Shown: positions 40,187 through 48,499, numbered from the stretch's first letter. The stretch is 51,644 bases of DNA from Candidatus Aenigmatarchaeota archaeon (GCA_018920345.1 JAHLMN010000011.1:1-51644); one strand, 5' to 3'. The notes: generated from the letters alone by a model not told the origin. A program made the numbers and translations.

Positions 40187-40793
40187 CCAATTTTTCAGAT
40201 TGTTTTTCTATCATTTCTTTTATTTTTTCATTGAACTTAGAATAAGCTATTGCATAGTATTCAACTATCGAAGCCAAAGAGTCTAATTCATGAAATATAA
40301 CAGCTTCAAATGATCTAGGCGGTGTAGTACCAGCTTCACCTGCGTGTGAAGCGACGATATGTATCACTTCTTCCGGAAAACCTCTAGCATAAAGCTCAGC
40401 TGTACCGAGAACTGTATGGTCCAAACTTATACCAGTTGGCTCCAATTCACCATTTTCATCCCTATTGTATTCAGCTGCCTTCATTATATCATGACATATG
40501 GATGCAGCTATTAACGAATCCATATCAAGTTTTATTCCATATCCCGCTTCCATTATTTTTGCTACTTGAATCACCATATGAGTTAATACAGTAGTGTGAT
40601 GGACTACATCTCTTTCTACTGGACCTAAACTAGAGCTACCAACAGAAAAATAGCTCCCCGCCTTTTTCAAATCCTCTCTTTTGTATTTTTCGAAATGAGG
40701 GTTTTTTAACTTTTTATCGTTTATGTAGTCTATCACTTTTTTTCTTAGTTCCTTGTTTTCGATTTTTTCTGCCAGTTTGATTAAAGCTTCCAT
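40179..40793 (-). CDS. HD-domain phosphohydrolase
   Basis: HHT, CHDIMK, DH, ASHAGE, P.SFEA..FHELD. Confidence 0.88.
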   Translation of the reverse strand: MEALIKLAEKIENKELRKKVIDYINDKKLKNPHFEKYKREDLKKAGSYFSVGSSSLGPVERDVVHHTTVLTHMVIQVAKIMEAGYGIKLDMDSLIAASICHDIMKAAEYNRDENGELEPTGISLDHTVLGTAELYARGFPEEVIHIVASHAGEAGTTPPRSFEAVIFHELDSLASIVEYYAIAYSKFNEKIKEMIEKQSEKLGE

Positions 40794-40848
40794 AATATTC
40801 TTTTAACCAATAGAAATTTAATAGTTTTAAAGTTTTTGAAAAAACTGT

Positions 40849-41118
40849 TTATACGGTTTCTGCAATTCTGTTTCTATATAAACTTATTTGTGAATATAAA
40901 TAAGCTTCAAGTACTCTTTCATATTCTTTTAACATTCTTTCAAAACCTGCCCATCTTTGTCTTGCACCATAAACTAAAAGGGAATATAAAGCTAAAGGAT
41001 AATTTGCAAATTCTTTTATTTTTTCCAAAACTTCCATATAACTTAGATTTTCCAAAAATCTCATAGGCTTCTCATTTTTTAAATTTGACATTTCACCTTC
41101 ATTAGGTTTGTAATTCAT
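40849..41118 (-). CDS. Hypothetical protein
   Basis: Open frame filling the intergenic space, with SD GGTGA; no recognised motif. Confidence 0.5.
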   Translation of the reverse strand: MNYKPNEGEMSNLKNEKPMRFLENLSYMEVLEKIKEFANYPLALYSLLVYGARQRWAGFERMLKEYERVLEAYLYSQISLYRNRIAETV

Positions 41119-41197
41119 TCGCATCACCTAACTACCTTTTGGTAAAAATTAAATTTATATATATCTAATATAAATTATATAAAAAAGGTGATTTTAT

Positions 41198-42163
41198 ATA
41201 AAAAGAAAGGCAATAAAGTTTGGTCAAACATTCGTAGTTTCTTTGCCTTTAGCATGGTCTAGAAGATTTGATATAGATAAAAAAAGAGAAGTTGAAATAC
41301 AGGAATCAGAAGACGGCTCTTTACTAATAATACCAGGAGATATCAAGAAAACAGAAAAAGAATTTTTAATAAATATTGACAAGACAATGAATTCTGATAA
41401 GATATACTATAAAATTCTAAAGGCATACACATTAGGCTATTCAAAAATTATAGTTTCAGGAGAATTAACAGACGAGCAGCTAGATTTTCTTGATATGGTT
41501 CATAAAAGAATTGTTGGTTTAGAAGTTTCTGAGCAAAAACCCAATCAAATAATTTTTACTGATTTATTGAGAATAGAAGATGTTAATATAGATAAAATAA
41601 TCAACCAAATGTTTTCTTTCATAGGAATGATGGGGAAAGATATATTAGAATGGATAAAAAAAGATGAAGAACCTGGGGATAGAATACTCGATAAGAATTC
41701 TTTAATTGTGAGAAATCATAATTTGGCTTTTAAAGCATGCAATCTAGCACTAAAAGATTCTTTATATTTAGGTAAGTTGAATAAAACAACTAATGAAATA
41801 CTTGTAATATCAAGAATATTGAGACATCTAGATAACATAGGAATAAATTTGATTGTTTTTAGTTATTTGCTGAATAAGCAACAAACACCAGGTATGAAAA
41901 AATTCAATTATAAAGTTTATGAAAATAAAAAAAGAAAGTTGATGTATAAACTTTTGAAAGTTTGGCTAAAATTGTTTTATGAAACTAAAAAAGCTGTAAT
42001 TAAAAGAGATAGGGAAAAAATAACAGATTTGTATGTTAGAAGATTTGAAAATACATATAATAATTTCAAAAAATATGATGAATTTACTATCGCATTAAAA
42101 AATATTTTTGAGCAAATGATAAGAAATACACATTTGATATTGAGAGATGAAATAATGATTTGA
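41198..42163 (+). CDS. AbrB/SpoVT-PhoU-like regulator; probable ATA start at 41198
   Basis: The in-frame extension IKRKAIKFGQTFVVSLPLAW completes the AbrB motif; EDGSLLIIP, KAYTLGY, IVGLEVSEQ; SD AGGTGA at 41186-41191. Confidence 0.8.
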   Translation: MKRKAIKFGQTFVVSLPLAWSRRFDIDKKREVEIQESEDGSLLIIPGDIKKTEKEFLINIDKTMNSDKIYYKILKAYTLGYSKIIVSGELTDEQLDFLDMVHKRIVGLEVSEQKPNQIIFTDLLRIEDVNIDKIINQMFSFIGMMGKDILEWIKKDEEPGDRILDKNSLIVRNHNLAFKACNLALKDSLYLGKLNKTTNEILVISRILRHLDNIGINLIVFSYLLNKQQTPGMKKFNYKVYENKKRKLMYKLLKVWLKLFYETKKAVIKRDREKITDLYVRRFENTYNNFKKYDEFTIALKNIFEQMIRNTHLILRDEIMI

Positions 42164-42169
42164 AGTTTT

Positions 42170-42640
42170 TATTGAAAATATTGTTTTAATTTTTACCGAT
42201 AAAATTACAGATAACAAATGAAATTTTACGAGGTTTATAATTTTTATAAAATAAAGAATGAAAATAAAAACAAAATTTAACATCTTTCTGTTAAAATATA
42301 TTTTTTAAAATTCATTTATTTTTATAACAAAAATATTAATTGGTTCAGGAATTCAAGATTTTGAACTTAAATTAAGTTTTGCGCACTTATTTGGTGTAAA
42401 TGGCTTAGAGGTTTATTTAGAAGATGAACCATATGAACTTTTTCTATCTAGATATAGAATCATAATATCCAGATATTCACATATGTTAAAAAAACAAATA
42501 TAAAAAACATCTGATACCAATTTTAGATATTTAACAATTTATAGGGGAAAATAATTTAAAAACAACTTAAACCGATAAAGCAAGAAAATTTCAGAATTAA
42601 TTATAAATTATCTTGAAAAAATAAATAAAAACCAATACCC
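42170..42640 (+). pseudogene. Possible decayed P-loop (NMP-kinase-like) gene
   Basis: Fragments IVLIFTDKITDNK*NFTRF (degenerate GxxxxGKS), ILIGSGIQD..., EVYLEDEPYELFLSRY, SELIINYLEK, separated by stops and frameshifts. Confidence 0.3.
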
Positions 42641-42679
42641 AAAACATTTAAATACTTACTAAAAATAATAGAGTTAGTA

Positions 42680-43093
42680 ATGTTCATCACTCACGATCAC
42701 GAAAAGCTTATATCAAAGTTACAAGGCTTTTCAATAATCGTCGAAGGTAAACGAGATAAAAAGGCTTTAGAAGCCTTTAACATTCACGATATAATACCTA
42801 TATCAGGTAAATCAATTGAAAAGTTCACCTTAGAAATACCTAATAATACAGAATATGTTGTATTGACTGATTTTGATCGTGAGGGTGAACTTAAAAAGCA
42901 GAGAATCTATCGATTCTTTGAAGCTGAAAAGATAAAGTACAACCATAGTTTGAGGGTTGAATTTAAAAAACTTTTCAAGGTGGTAAAAATAGAAGAATTA
43001 AATAAAAAAGGTGATGTTTATTATGGGAAAGATAGCTCAATCTACAACAAAATATTTAATAGAAGCAGATTTTATCGCAGAAGGTTTGGTTGA
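42680..43093 (+). CDS. Small Toprim-domain protein (RNase M5-like)
   Basis: IIVEGKRDKKAL, VLTDFDREG. Confidence 0.85.
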   Translation: MFITHDHEKLISKLQGFSIIVEGKRDKKALEAFNIHDIIPISGKSIEKFTLEIPNNTEYVVLTDFDREGELKKQRIYRFFEAEKIKYNHSLRVEFKKLFKVVKIEELNKKGDVYYGKDSSIYNKIFNRSRFYRRRFG

Positions 43094-44219
43094 AAAACCT
43101 GATGTAATAGGTGCTGTTTTTGGCCAAACAGAAGGCTTGCTTGGTCAAGATTTAGATTTAAGAGAATTACAAAAATCTGGTAGAATAGGAAGAATAGATG
43201 TAGAGCTAAGGGAGAAAGATGGAAAAACAGAAGGAACAATCTACATACCTTCTAGTTTAGACAGCTCTGAAACAGCATTAATAGCCGCAGCAATAGAAAC
43301 TATAGAAAGAATTGGACCTTGTGAAGCAAAGATAACATTAAGAGATGTCAAAGACATAAGAGAAGTCAAAAGAGAGTATGTTGTTGATAGAGCCAAAGAA
43401 ATTTTACAAAAATTAATGAAGGAGCAACCAGATGCAGACGCATTAGCAGAGGCAATAAAAGGTTCTGTTAGAACATCTGAAATAATAGAACATAACGGTA
43501 TAGAATGTGGTCCAGATGCAGTCAATGCCGAAGAAGTTATTCTTGTAGAAGGCAGAGCAGATGTAATAAATTTATTAAAAGCAGGCATAAAAAATGTCGC
43601 AGCTATAGGGGGCACAGCAAGTACAAGAAAGTTAGAGGAATTTACAAGAAACAAAAAAGTCACAGCATTTTTGGATGGAGATAGAGGAGGAGATTTAGTG
43701 CTGAAGAAACTATCCAGATTTGTCAAAGTGGATTATGTAGCCAGAGCACCTGATGGAAAAGAAGTAGAAGAGTTAGCAGATAAAGAAATTTTTATTTGTT
43801 TAAAACAAAAATTGCCTTTTGTAGAAGCAATAAAGAAAAAATATTCTATCAAAAAACCAAGAAAACATGAAACTATGGAAGAGCATCAAGAGTATAAAGA
43901 AAACAAAGAATTTTTAACACCCGAAAGAAAACAAAAAATTATTGATATTTTAGATAAAATGGTTGGAACGAGAGCTGCATATGTATTTAATGAAAAAATG
44001 AAGATGGTCGATAAACTACCTTTAACACAATTCACAGCAGAAAACAAATCTCTAGAAAATGCAAAAATAGTTTTAATAGACGGCACAATAACAAAGGAAA
44101 TAGCAGAAGAAGCAAACAAGGCAGGAGTAGAGTACTTGATAGCATCATCAGCAGAAAAAAAATTTACCATGGAAAAGACAAAGATACTTACATCAGAAGA
44201 TTTAACTAATAATTTTTAG
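43023..44219 (+). CDS. dnaG: Archaeal DnaG (primase-like, exosome-associated)
   Basis: VEKPDVIGAVFGQTEGLLG, LQKSGRIGRI, VEGRADV, DGDRGG, RAPDGKEVEEL. Confidence 0.95.
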   Translation: MGKIAQSTTKYLIEADFIAEGLVEKPDVIGAVFGQTEGLLGQDLDLRELQKSGRIGRIDVELREKDGKTEGTIYIPSSLDSSETALIAAAIETIERIGPCEAKITLRDVKDIREVKREYVVDRAKEILQKLMKEQPDADALAEAIKGSVRTSEIIEHNGIECGPDAVNAEEVILVEGRADVINLLKAGIKNVAAIGGTASTRKLEEFTRNKKVTAFLDGDRGGDLVLKKLSRFVKVDYVARAPDGKEVEELADKEIFICLKQKLPFVEAIKKKYSIKKPRKHETMEEHQEYKENKEFLTPERKQKIIDILDKMVGTRAAYVFNEKMKMVDKLPLTQFTAENKSLENAKIVLIDGTITKEIAEEANKAGVEYLIASSAEKKFTMEKTKILTSEDLTNNF

Positions 44220-44543
44220 AGGTATTACCTCTATTTTTTCTTTATATCTTTGAGGCTTTCCTATAACTTTGATATTCATACCTGTTTTTAACCCAGTTGT
44301 ATTAATATTGTCAAAAATAACTACATCTATAATTCCAGAGTCATCTTTAACTTTGATAAATGTTGCAGAGTCACTTCTTTTAATACTAATTATTGTTGCA
44401 TTGAAAGCAACGAAATTTTCATTCAAATTGATTTCAGAAATTTTTACATTTTTTGGCTTAGCATTAATATCAGCAATATATAATATTAAAATTCCTATGA
44501 TAGAAGTAATAATGCATAAAATAATGAATTGTTTTTCATTCAT
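44202..44543 (-). CDS. Membrane-anchored OB-fold protein
   Basis: N-terminal TM; FIKVKDDSGIIDVVIF, GMNIKVIG, YKEKIEVI. Confidence 0.75.
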   Translation of the reverse strand: MNEKQFIILCIITSIIGILILYIADINAKPKNVKISEINLNENFVAFNATIISIKRSDSATFIKVKDDSGIIDVVIFDNINTTGLKTGMNIKVIGKPQRYKEKIEVIPLKIIS

Positions 44544-45070
44544 TCAAGATCTACTTCAAATATTGTAGTATAAATTGGTCCATGAGGGGTTAAATCACTT
44601 CTAACTAAAGATATTTTTTTAGCCATAAATTCACCAAAATTAACATCTTTGTTTTTTCTCAAGAAATCTAAAACTTCATCCTTATTTTTTATAGACTTTA
44701 CACGACACAAAGTCATTTTTGAGTTTTCATAATAATCTCCACCTATCATGCCTCCTACAGTTTTGATTAATAATGATAATTTTCCTTTATCTTTTACTTC
44801 TATGCCAACCACTCTTATATAATTTTCTGATGGTATGATTTTTAACCCAGAAAGAGTTATAGGAAAAGAGCCAAACCCCTTGATGTTAACTAAAGAATTC
44901 TTTATAGAACTTGTATCTTCTACTTCTCCAAGAAAAGTTATAGTTAAATGCAAATTTTCTTTTTCAACAAACTTTGCATCCATTGGGAGTTTTGACATTT
45001 TTTCTTGAAATTTTATTATATCTCTTTTTAGCTCTTCTGGTATCCATATGCAAACAAAAAGTCTAACCAT
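44540..45070 (-). CDS. thpR: 2H phosphoesterase, RNA 2',3'-cyclic phosphodiesterase (ThpR/LigT)
   Basis: RLFV, ENLHLTITFLGE, SDLTPHGPIY; second HxT motif reads KMT. Confidence 0.88.
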   Translation of the reverse strand: MVRLFVCIWIPEELKRDIIKFQEKMSKLPMDAKFVEKENLHLTITFLGEVEDTSSIKNSLVNIKGFGSFPITLSGLKIIPSENYIRVVGIEVKDKGKLSLLIKTVGGMIGGDYYENSKMTLCRVKSIKNKDEVLDFLRKNKDVNFGEFMAKKISLVRSDLTPHGPIYTTIFEVDLE

Positions 45071-45110
45071 ATAGAATTTTTGTACATTCAACTTAATAAT
45101 ACATATATCT

Positions 45111-45205
45111 AAAACTTCACGCGAGACTTCACAAAAACTTCACGCAAGTTTTAAATTAATAAACATACTTAAATTAACTGTTTGTGAAGCGGGGTGTGAA
45201 GTTTT
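45111..45205. promoter_or_regulatory. Phased ACTTCAC repeat array with inverted copies, upstream of the AAA+-wHTH gene
   Basis: ACTTCAC at 45114, 45126, 45137; GTGAAG at 45184, 45196; AAAACTTCAC/GTGAAGTTTT form a perfect 10-bp inverted repeat. Confidence 0.75.
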
Positions 45206-45206
45206 A

Positions 45207-46271
45207 ATGGAATCCAAATACGAATATTATCAAAAGTTTGGCTGGTCAAGAAATCCTTTCACTTTAACTATTTCTCCTGATCTGATGGTAGGCTATTCAC
45301 ATCAGACTGAACAACTCCTAGCACATGTGTTTAACCAACATAAAGCAGCCATGGTTATAGGGCCTACAGGTGCAGGAAAAACAACAATATTAACTTGGCT
45401 TAATGCTCAATTAAAAGCTTACAATGGTTTTAGACCATATTATATACCAAAACCACCTACAACTAAAGAAGAGCTGATAAAATTGTTCAAGCATAATCTA
45501 GGCTTTAGTATAATAGATAAAATATTGTATAAAGAAATAGATATGAACAATCTAACTAAATATGTAAACAAGAAAACAAAAGAAAAGACAATATTCTTAA
45601 TTGATGAAGCACATGAATGTTCTCAAGAAGTATTAGAGTGGTTAAGAACAATAAATGATTTAGCCCCTAATTTAGTAATAGTATTTGCTGGTTTGAATAC
45701 ATTTGAAAAAAAATTGGAGGCAGAACTCCCAACACTTCTTATGCGCGTGAATACACGTGTATATCTAGAATCCTTGTCAGAAATGGAAACAGAGTCTCTA
45801 ATACAAAAAAGAATAGATAGGGCAGGAGGAGAAGGTATAAAACCATTTACACACGATGCTATAAGAAAAATTCATGAAATAACAGGTGGTTTTCCGAGAG
45901 AAATAATAAAAGTTTGTGATCAACTTATAAAAGAAGCTGCTTTGAGAAATTTAACATCTATAAATTCCTCTCTAGTAGAAGAAGTATTCAGCAGCAAAGT
46001 CGTGACACAGGCAGTTCAAGTGAAGTTCACGTTAACTCCCAAACAAAAAGAGATATTGGAATTGCTGAACAAGACACCAGATTTATCTCCAACAGAAATA
46101 GTGGCTAATATAGATATAAAGGAGTACAAAACAAAAGATCATGCTATAAGATCAGTAAACAATATACTAAAGAGATTAATGGATGAAGATTTAATAAAAA
46201 GAGCAAAAGTCGGTAACAAGTTTGTATATTCTTTATCAGGTAAAGCAAAAACCATATTGGCTGAAGCGTGA
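45207..46271 (+). CDS. ExeA/GspA-like AAA+ ATPase fused to a C-terminal winged HTH
   Basis: YYQKFGWSRNPF, GPTGAGKTT, LIDEAH, VFAG, TGGFPREI..VCD; C-terminal LTPKQKEILELL...VNNILKRL...LIKR...YSL. Confidence 0.85.
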   Translation: MESKYEYYQKFGWSRNPFTLTISPDLMVGYSHQTEQLLAHVFNQHKAAMVIGPTGAGKTTILTWLNAQLKAYNGFRPYYIPKPPTTKEELIKLFKHNLGFSIIDKILYKEIDMNNLTKYVNKKTKEKTIFLIDEAHECSQEVLEWLRTINDLAPNLVIVFAGLNTFEKKLEAELPTLLMRVNTRVYLESLSEMETESLIQKRIDRAGGEGIKPFTHDAIRKIHEITGGFPREIIKVCDQLIKEAALRNLTSINSSLVEEVFSSKVVTQAVQVKFTLTPKQKEILELLNKTPDLSPTEIVANIDIKEYKTKDHAIRSVNNILKRLMDEDLIKRAKVGNKFVYSLSGKAKTILAEA

Positions 46272-46336
46272 TATATTTAAAATTGTAGTAAAGAATATAT
46301 TCTTATTAAGATAATAGATTAAAAGGTGATAAAATC

Positions 46337-46600
46337 GTGGCTGATACAAGAGTAAAGGCAAAATCTGTTATTGGAAAAACAATAATTAGTGAGGAAACAG
46401 GGAGAAGATTTGGGGTTGTAAGTAATGTTGATTTTGTTACAGAAAGCGGAGAGTTGCTTAACATAGTAGTTGCAGGTGCTACAAAGGCTTTGAAAGATTT
46501 GAATTTAAAAGAAGATGATAAAGGAAGACTATTAATACCTTTTAGTGCAGTAAAATCAATAGGAGATTTTGTTGTAGTAAGTGAAAACGAATTACTGTAA
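46337..46600 (+). CDS. PRC-barrel protein (CdpB-like)
   Basis: IGKTII.E.GRRFG.V, SGEL..IVV, IPFSAVKSIGDFVVV; GTG start after SD AGGTGA. Confidence 0.88.
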   Translation: MADTRVKAKSVIGKTIISEETGRRFGVVSNVDFVTESGELLNIVVAGATKALKDLNLKEDDKGRLLIPFSAVKSIGDFVVVSENELL

Positions 46601-47260
46601 ATTTTGTTTTCCCCAAAGTATTTTTTTCCCATATTTAATTCTATATACTAGTCCTTTTTTCTCCATCTCTATTAGTATTTGATTTGCTCTACTTCTTGAT
46701 ATACCTAATAGATCTCCTATTTCTTCACTACTAAACTTGTTTCCATTTAATTGCTTTAAAATTTCCTTTTCTCTCATGCTTTGCTCTAGACTATCAGCGG
46801 ATTTTCTTATTTTTTCCAAAATAGCCAACTGTTGATTGCTGTTGATTGCTGTTGACAACTGTTGATTGCTGTTGATTGCTGTTGACAACTGTTGATTGCT
46901 GATAAAAATCTTAAGTTCATCAATACTTTTTCTTATAGAATCGAGTTCTTTAAAGAATTCATCATTAGATTCTAACTCATCTTGAAACCTTTTTTCGGTT
47001 AAAACTTTATCAGGAACCCTTAAATCAAATTTTATGTCTAAACCAGTTATTTTTTCCTTTATTAAGGCCAAATCTGCTGCCATTTGTTCTATTTGTCCCA
47101 TCCTTCTTGCATATTGTAAATCTCTAATGTTATAACCACCATCAACTGTTGATTGCTGTTGATTGCTGTTGATTGCTGTTGACAACTGTTGATTGCTGTT
47201 GACAACTGTTGATGCTCTTTTAATCCCCAGAACTTTTTTCATAAATTCTTTAAAACTCAT
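46592..47260 (-). CDS. Coiled-coil protein with INSNQQLSTA repeats and C-terminal winged HTH
   Basis: SSEEIGDLLGISRSRANQILIEMEKKGLV.R...GK; two low-complexity repeat blocks. Confidence 0.8.
   Translation of the reverse strand: MSFKEFMKKVLGIKRASTVVNSNQQLSTAINSNQQQSTVDGGYNIRDLQYARRMGQIEQMAADLALIKEKITGLDIKFDLRVPDKVLTEKRFQDELESNDEFFKELDSIRKSIDELKIFISNQQLSTAINSNQQLSTAINSNQQLAILEKIRKSADSLEQSMREKEILKQLNGNKFSSEEIGDLLGISRSRANQILIEMEKKGLVYRIKYGKKILWGKQNLQ
46826..46901. repeat. 10-bp tandem array (GTTGATTGCT/GTTGACAACT), about 7.5 units, intragenic
   Basis: Perfect decamers at 46831-46900 with a 30-bp higher-order period. Confidence 0.95.
47143..47213. repeat. Second 10-bp tandem array of the same units, about 7 units, intragenic
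   Basis: CTGTTGA recurs every 10 bp from 47146 to 47212. Confidence 0.95.
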
Positions 47261-47294
47261 AAAAATAATATAATTTTGACATATTTATTTTTGT

Positions 47295-47333
47295 CTTCAC
47301 GACTTCACGTGAAACTTCACGTCCATTTCACGT
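47295..47333. promoter_or_regulatory. TTCACG repeat array with perfect TTCACGTGAA palindrome upstream of the wHTH gene
   Basis: TTCACG at 47296, 47304, 47316, 47327; the last two overlap the kae1 3' end. Confidence 0.75.
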
Positions 47334-48288
47334 CAACTTCATCAACTCTCCAATCTTTTAATATGAAAGATTCTTCCAATTTAGTTCTTACACCTGATTT
47401 GTACATTATCAAACCAGTCCAACCTATCATCACTCCATTATCTCCAGCATATTTCATAGGCACAGAGAAAACTTTAGCACCTCTATCTTTACACATGACT
47501 TCTAACATATTTTTTAACCTTTGATTTGCAGCAACACCACCAGTTACAAGAACTTCTTCTTTTTCTGTATGTGCTAAAGCTCTTTCTGTAGCTTCTATCA
47601 ACATTGAAAAGCAAGTTTCTTGAAAAGAATAAGCGATATCCTCTTTTTTAAACCCTTTTTTGTAAAGTTTTTGACATTCAGTAACTATACCTGAAAAAGA
47701 AAAATCCATGCCTTTAACTACATATGGTAGATCAATCCAATTTCCGTTTTCTGCTAATTTCTCTATTTTTGGACCGCCTGGCATTTCTAATCCTAGAGAT
47801 CTTGCTAAAACATCAAAGGCATTTCCTATAGGAATATCTAATGTCTCTCCAAAAATTCTATATCTATTTCCTGTTAAAGCAATTATTTGAGTATTGCCTC
47901 CAGAGCAATAAAGTATAACAGGATCTTTTGCACCTGTCATTAATTTTGCAATTTCTATATGAGCAATCGGATGATTAACCCCTACTAGAGGTAAATTATG
48001 CTTTAAAGATAGATATCTTGCTATAGTGGCGCCAAGAGATAAACAATTAGGTAATCCTGGACCTTGAGAAAAGGCTATTATATCGATTTTTGATGTCTCA
48101 AAAGCTTTCTTAATTAAACTAGCAGCGTTTTCTGCATGATATTCAAATACCTTTCTAGGAAGCATACCCTGACCTAATGGAGGTTGATAAAAAGACTTTT
48201 CATCAAATAAAACATTTCCTTTCTCATCAATAAGGCCTACACCAAAGGTATGAGCTGTTGATTCTATTCCTAAACAAACTCTAGTCAA
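47317..48288 (-). CDS. kae1: tRNA t6A threonylcarbamoyltransferase Kae1 (KEOPS)
   Basis: LGIESTAHT, FSQGPG, VNHPIAHIE, SGGNTQ, GETLDI, GGVAAN, DNGVMI; TTG start (48294 is an alternative). Confidence 0.96.
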   Translation of the reverse strand: MTRVCLGIESTAHTFGVGLIDEKGNVLFDEKSFYQPPLGQGMLPRKVFEYHAENAASLIKKAFETSKIDIIAFSQGPGLPNCLSLGATIARYLSLKHNLPLVGVNHPIAHIEIAKLMTGAKDPVILYCSGGNTQIIALTGNRYRIFGETLDIPIGNAFDVLARSLGLEMPGGPKIEKLAENGNWIDLPYVVKGMDFSFSGIVTECQKLYKKGFKKEDIAYSFQETCFSMLIEATERALAHTEKEEVLVTGGVAANQRLKNMLEVMCKDRGAKVFSVPMKYAGDNGVMIGWTGLIMYKSGVRTKLEESFILKDWRVDEVDVKWT

Positions 48289-48499
48289 ACTCAAACACCT
48301 TCATTATTTTTGCATTGCCCCCTCCTTGATTAATTAAATTTCTAAGATTTTTCAATATTTCCAGATTTATTTCATTATCTTCTAATTGCCAAACAGAATC
48401 CATAACTTTGGTCGCATTTAATTTTTGTAACTCCCTCCAAACTCTTACCAGTAAAGTATTCTTTGTTTTAGGGATATCATACATTATTATTAATGCCAT
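48281..48499 (-). CDS. Small Cas2-like ferredoxin-fold protein (PaaX-middle/ChrB-N-like)
   Basis: IIMYDIP....LVRVWRELQKLNA.KVMDSVW; ATG at 48499; overlaps the kae1 start. Confidence 0.7.
   Translation of the reverse strand: MALIIMYDIPKTKNTLLVRVWRELQKLNATKVMDSVWQLEDNEINLEILKNLRNLINQGGGNAKIMKVFEFD

Noticed and set aside
42680-44219. Programmed frameshift fusing Toprim to DnaG
   Set aside because: dnaG has its own SD (AGGTGA) and ATG at 43023, and there is no convincing slippery site with a stimulatory structure.
46826-47213. Repeats as a CRISPR array
   Set aside because: The units are contiguous 10-mers with no unique spacers and lie inside an intact ORF.
45111-47333. ExeA-like ATPase module as a Mu/Tn7-like transposon
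   Set aside because: No transposase or integrase, no terminal inverted repeats or target duplication seen, and the flanks and PRC gene look like housekeeping genes.
47276-47524. 82-aa + strand ORF over the TTCACG array
   Set aside because: Antisense shadow of kae1; its His-rich start merely reflects the DNA repeat.
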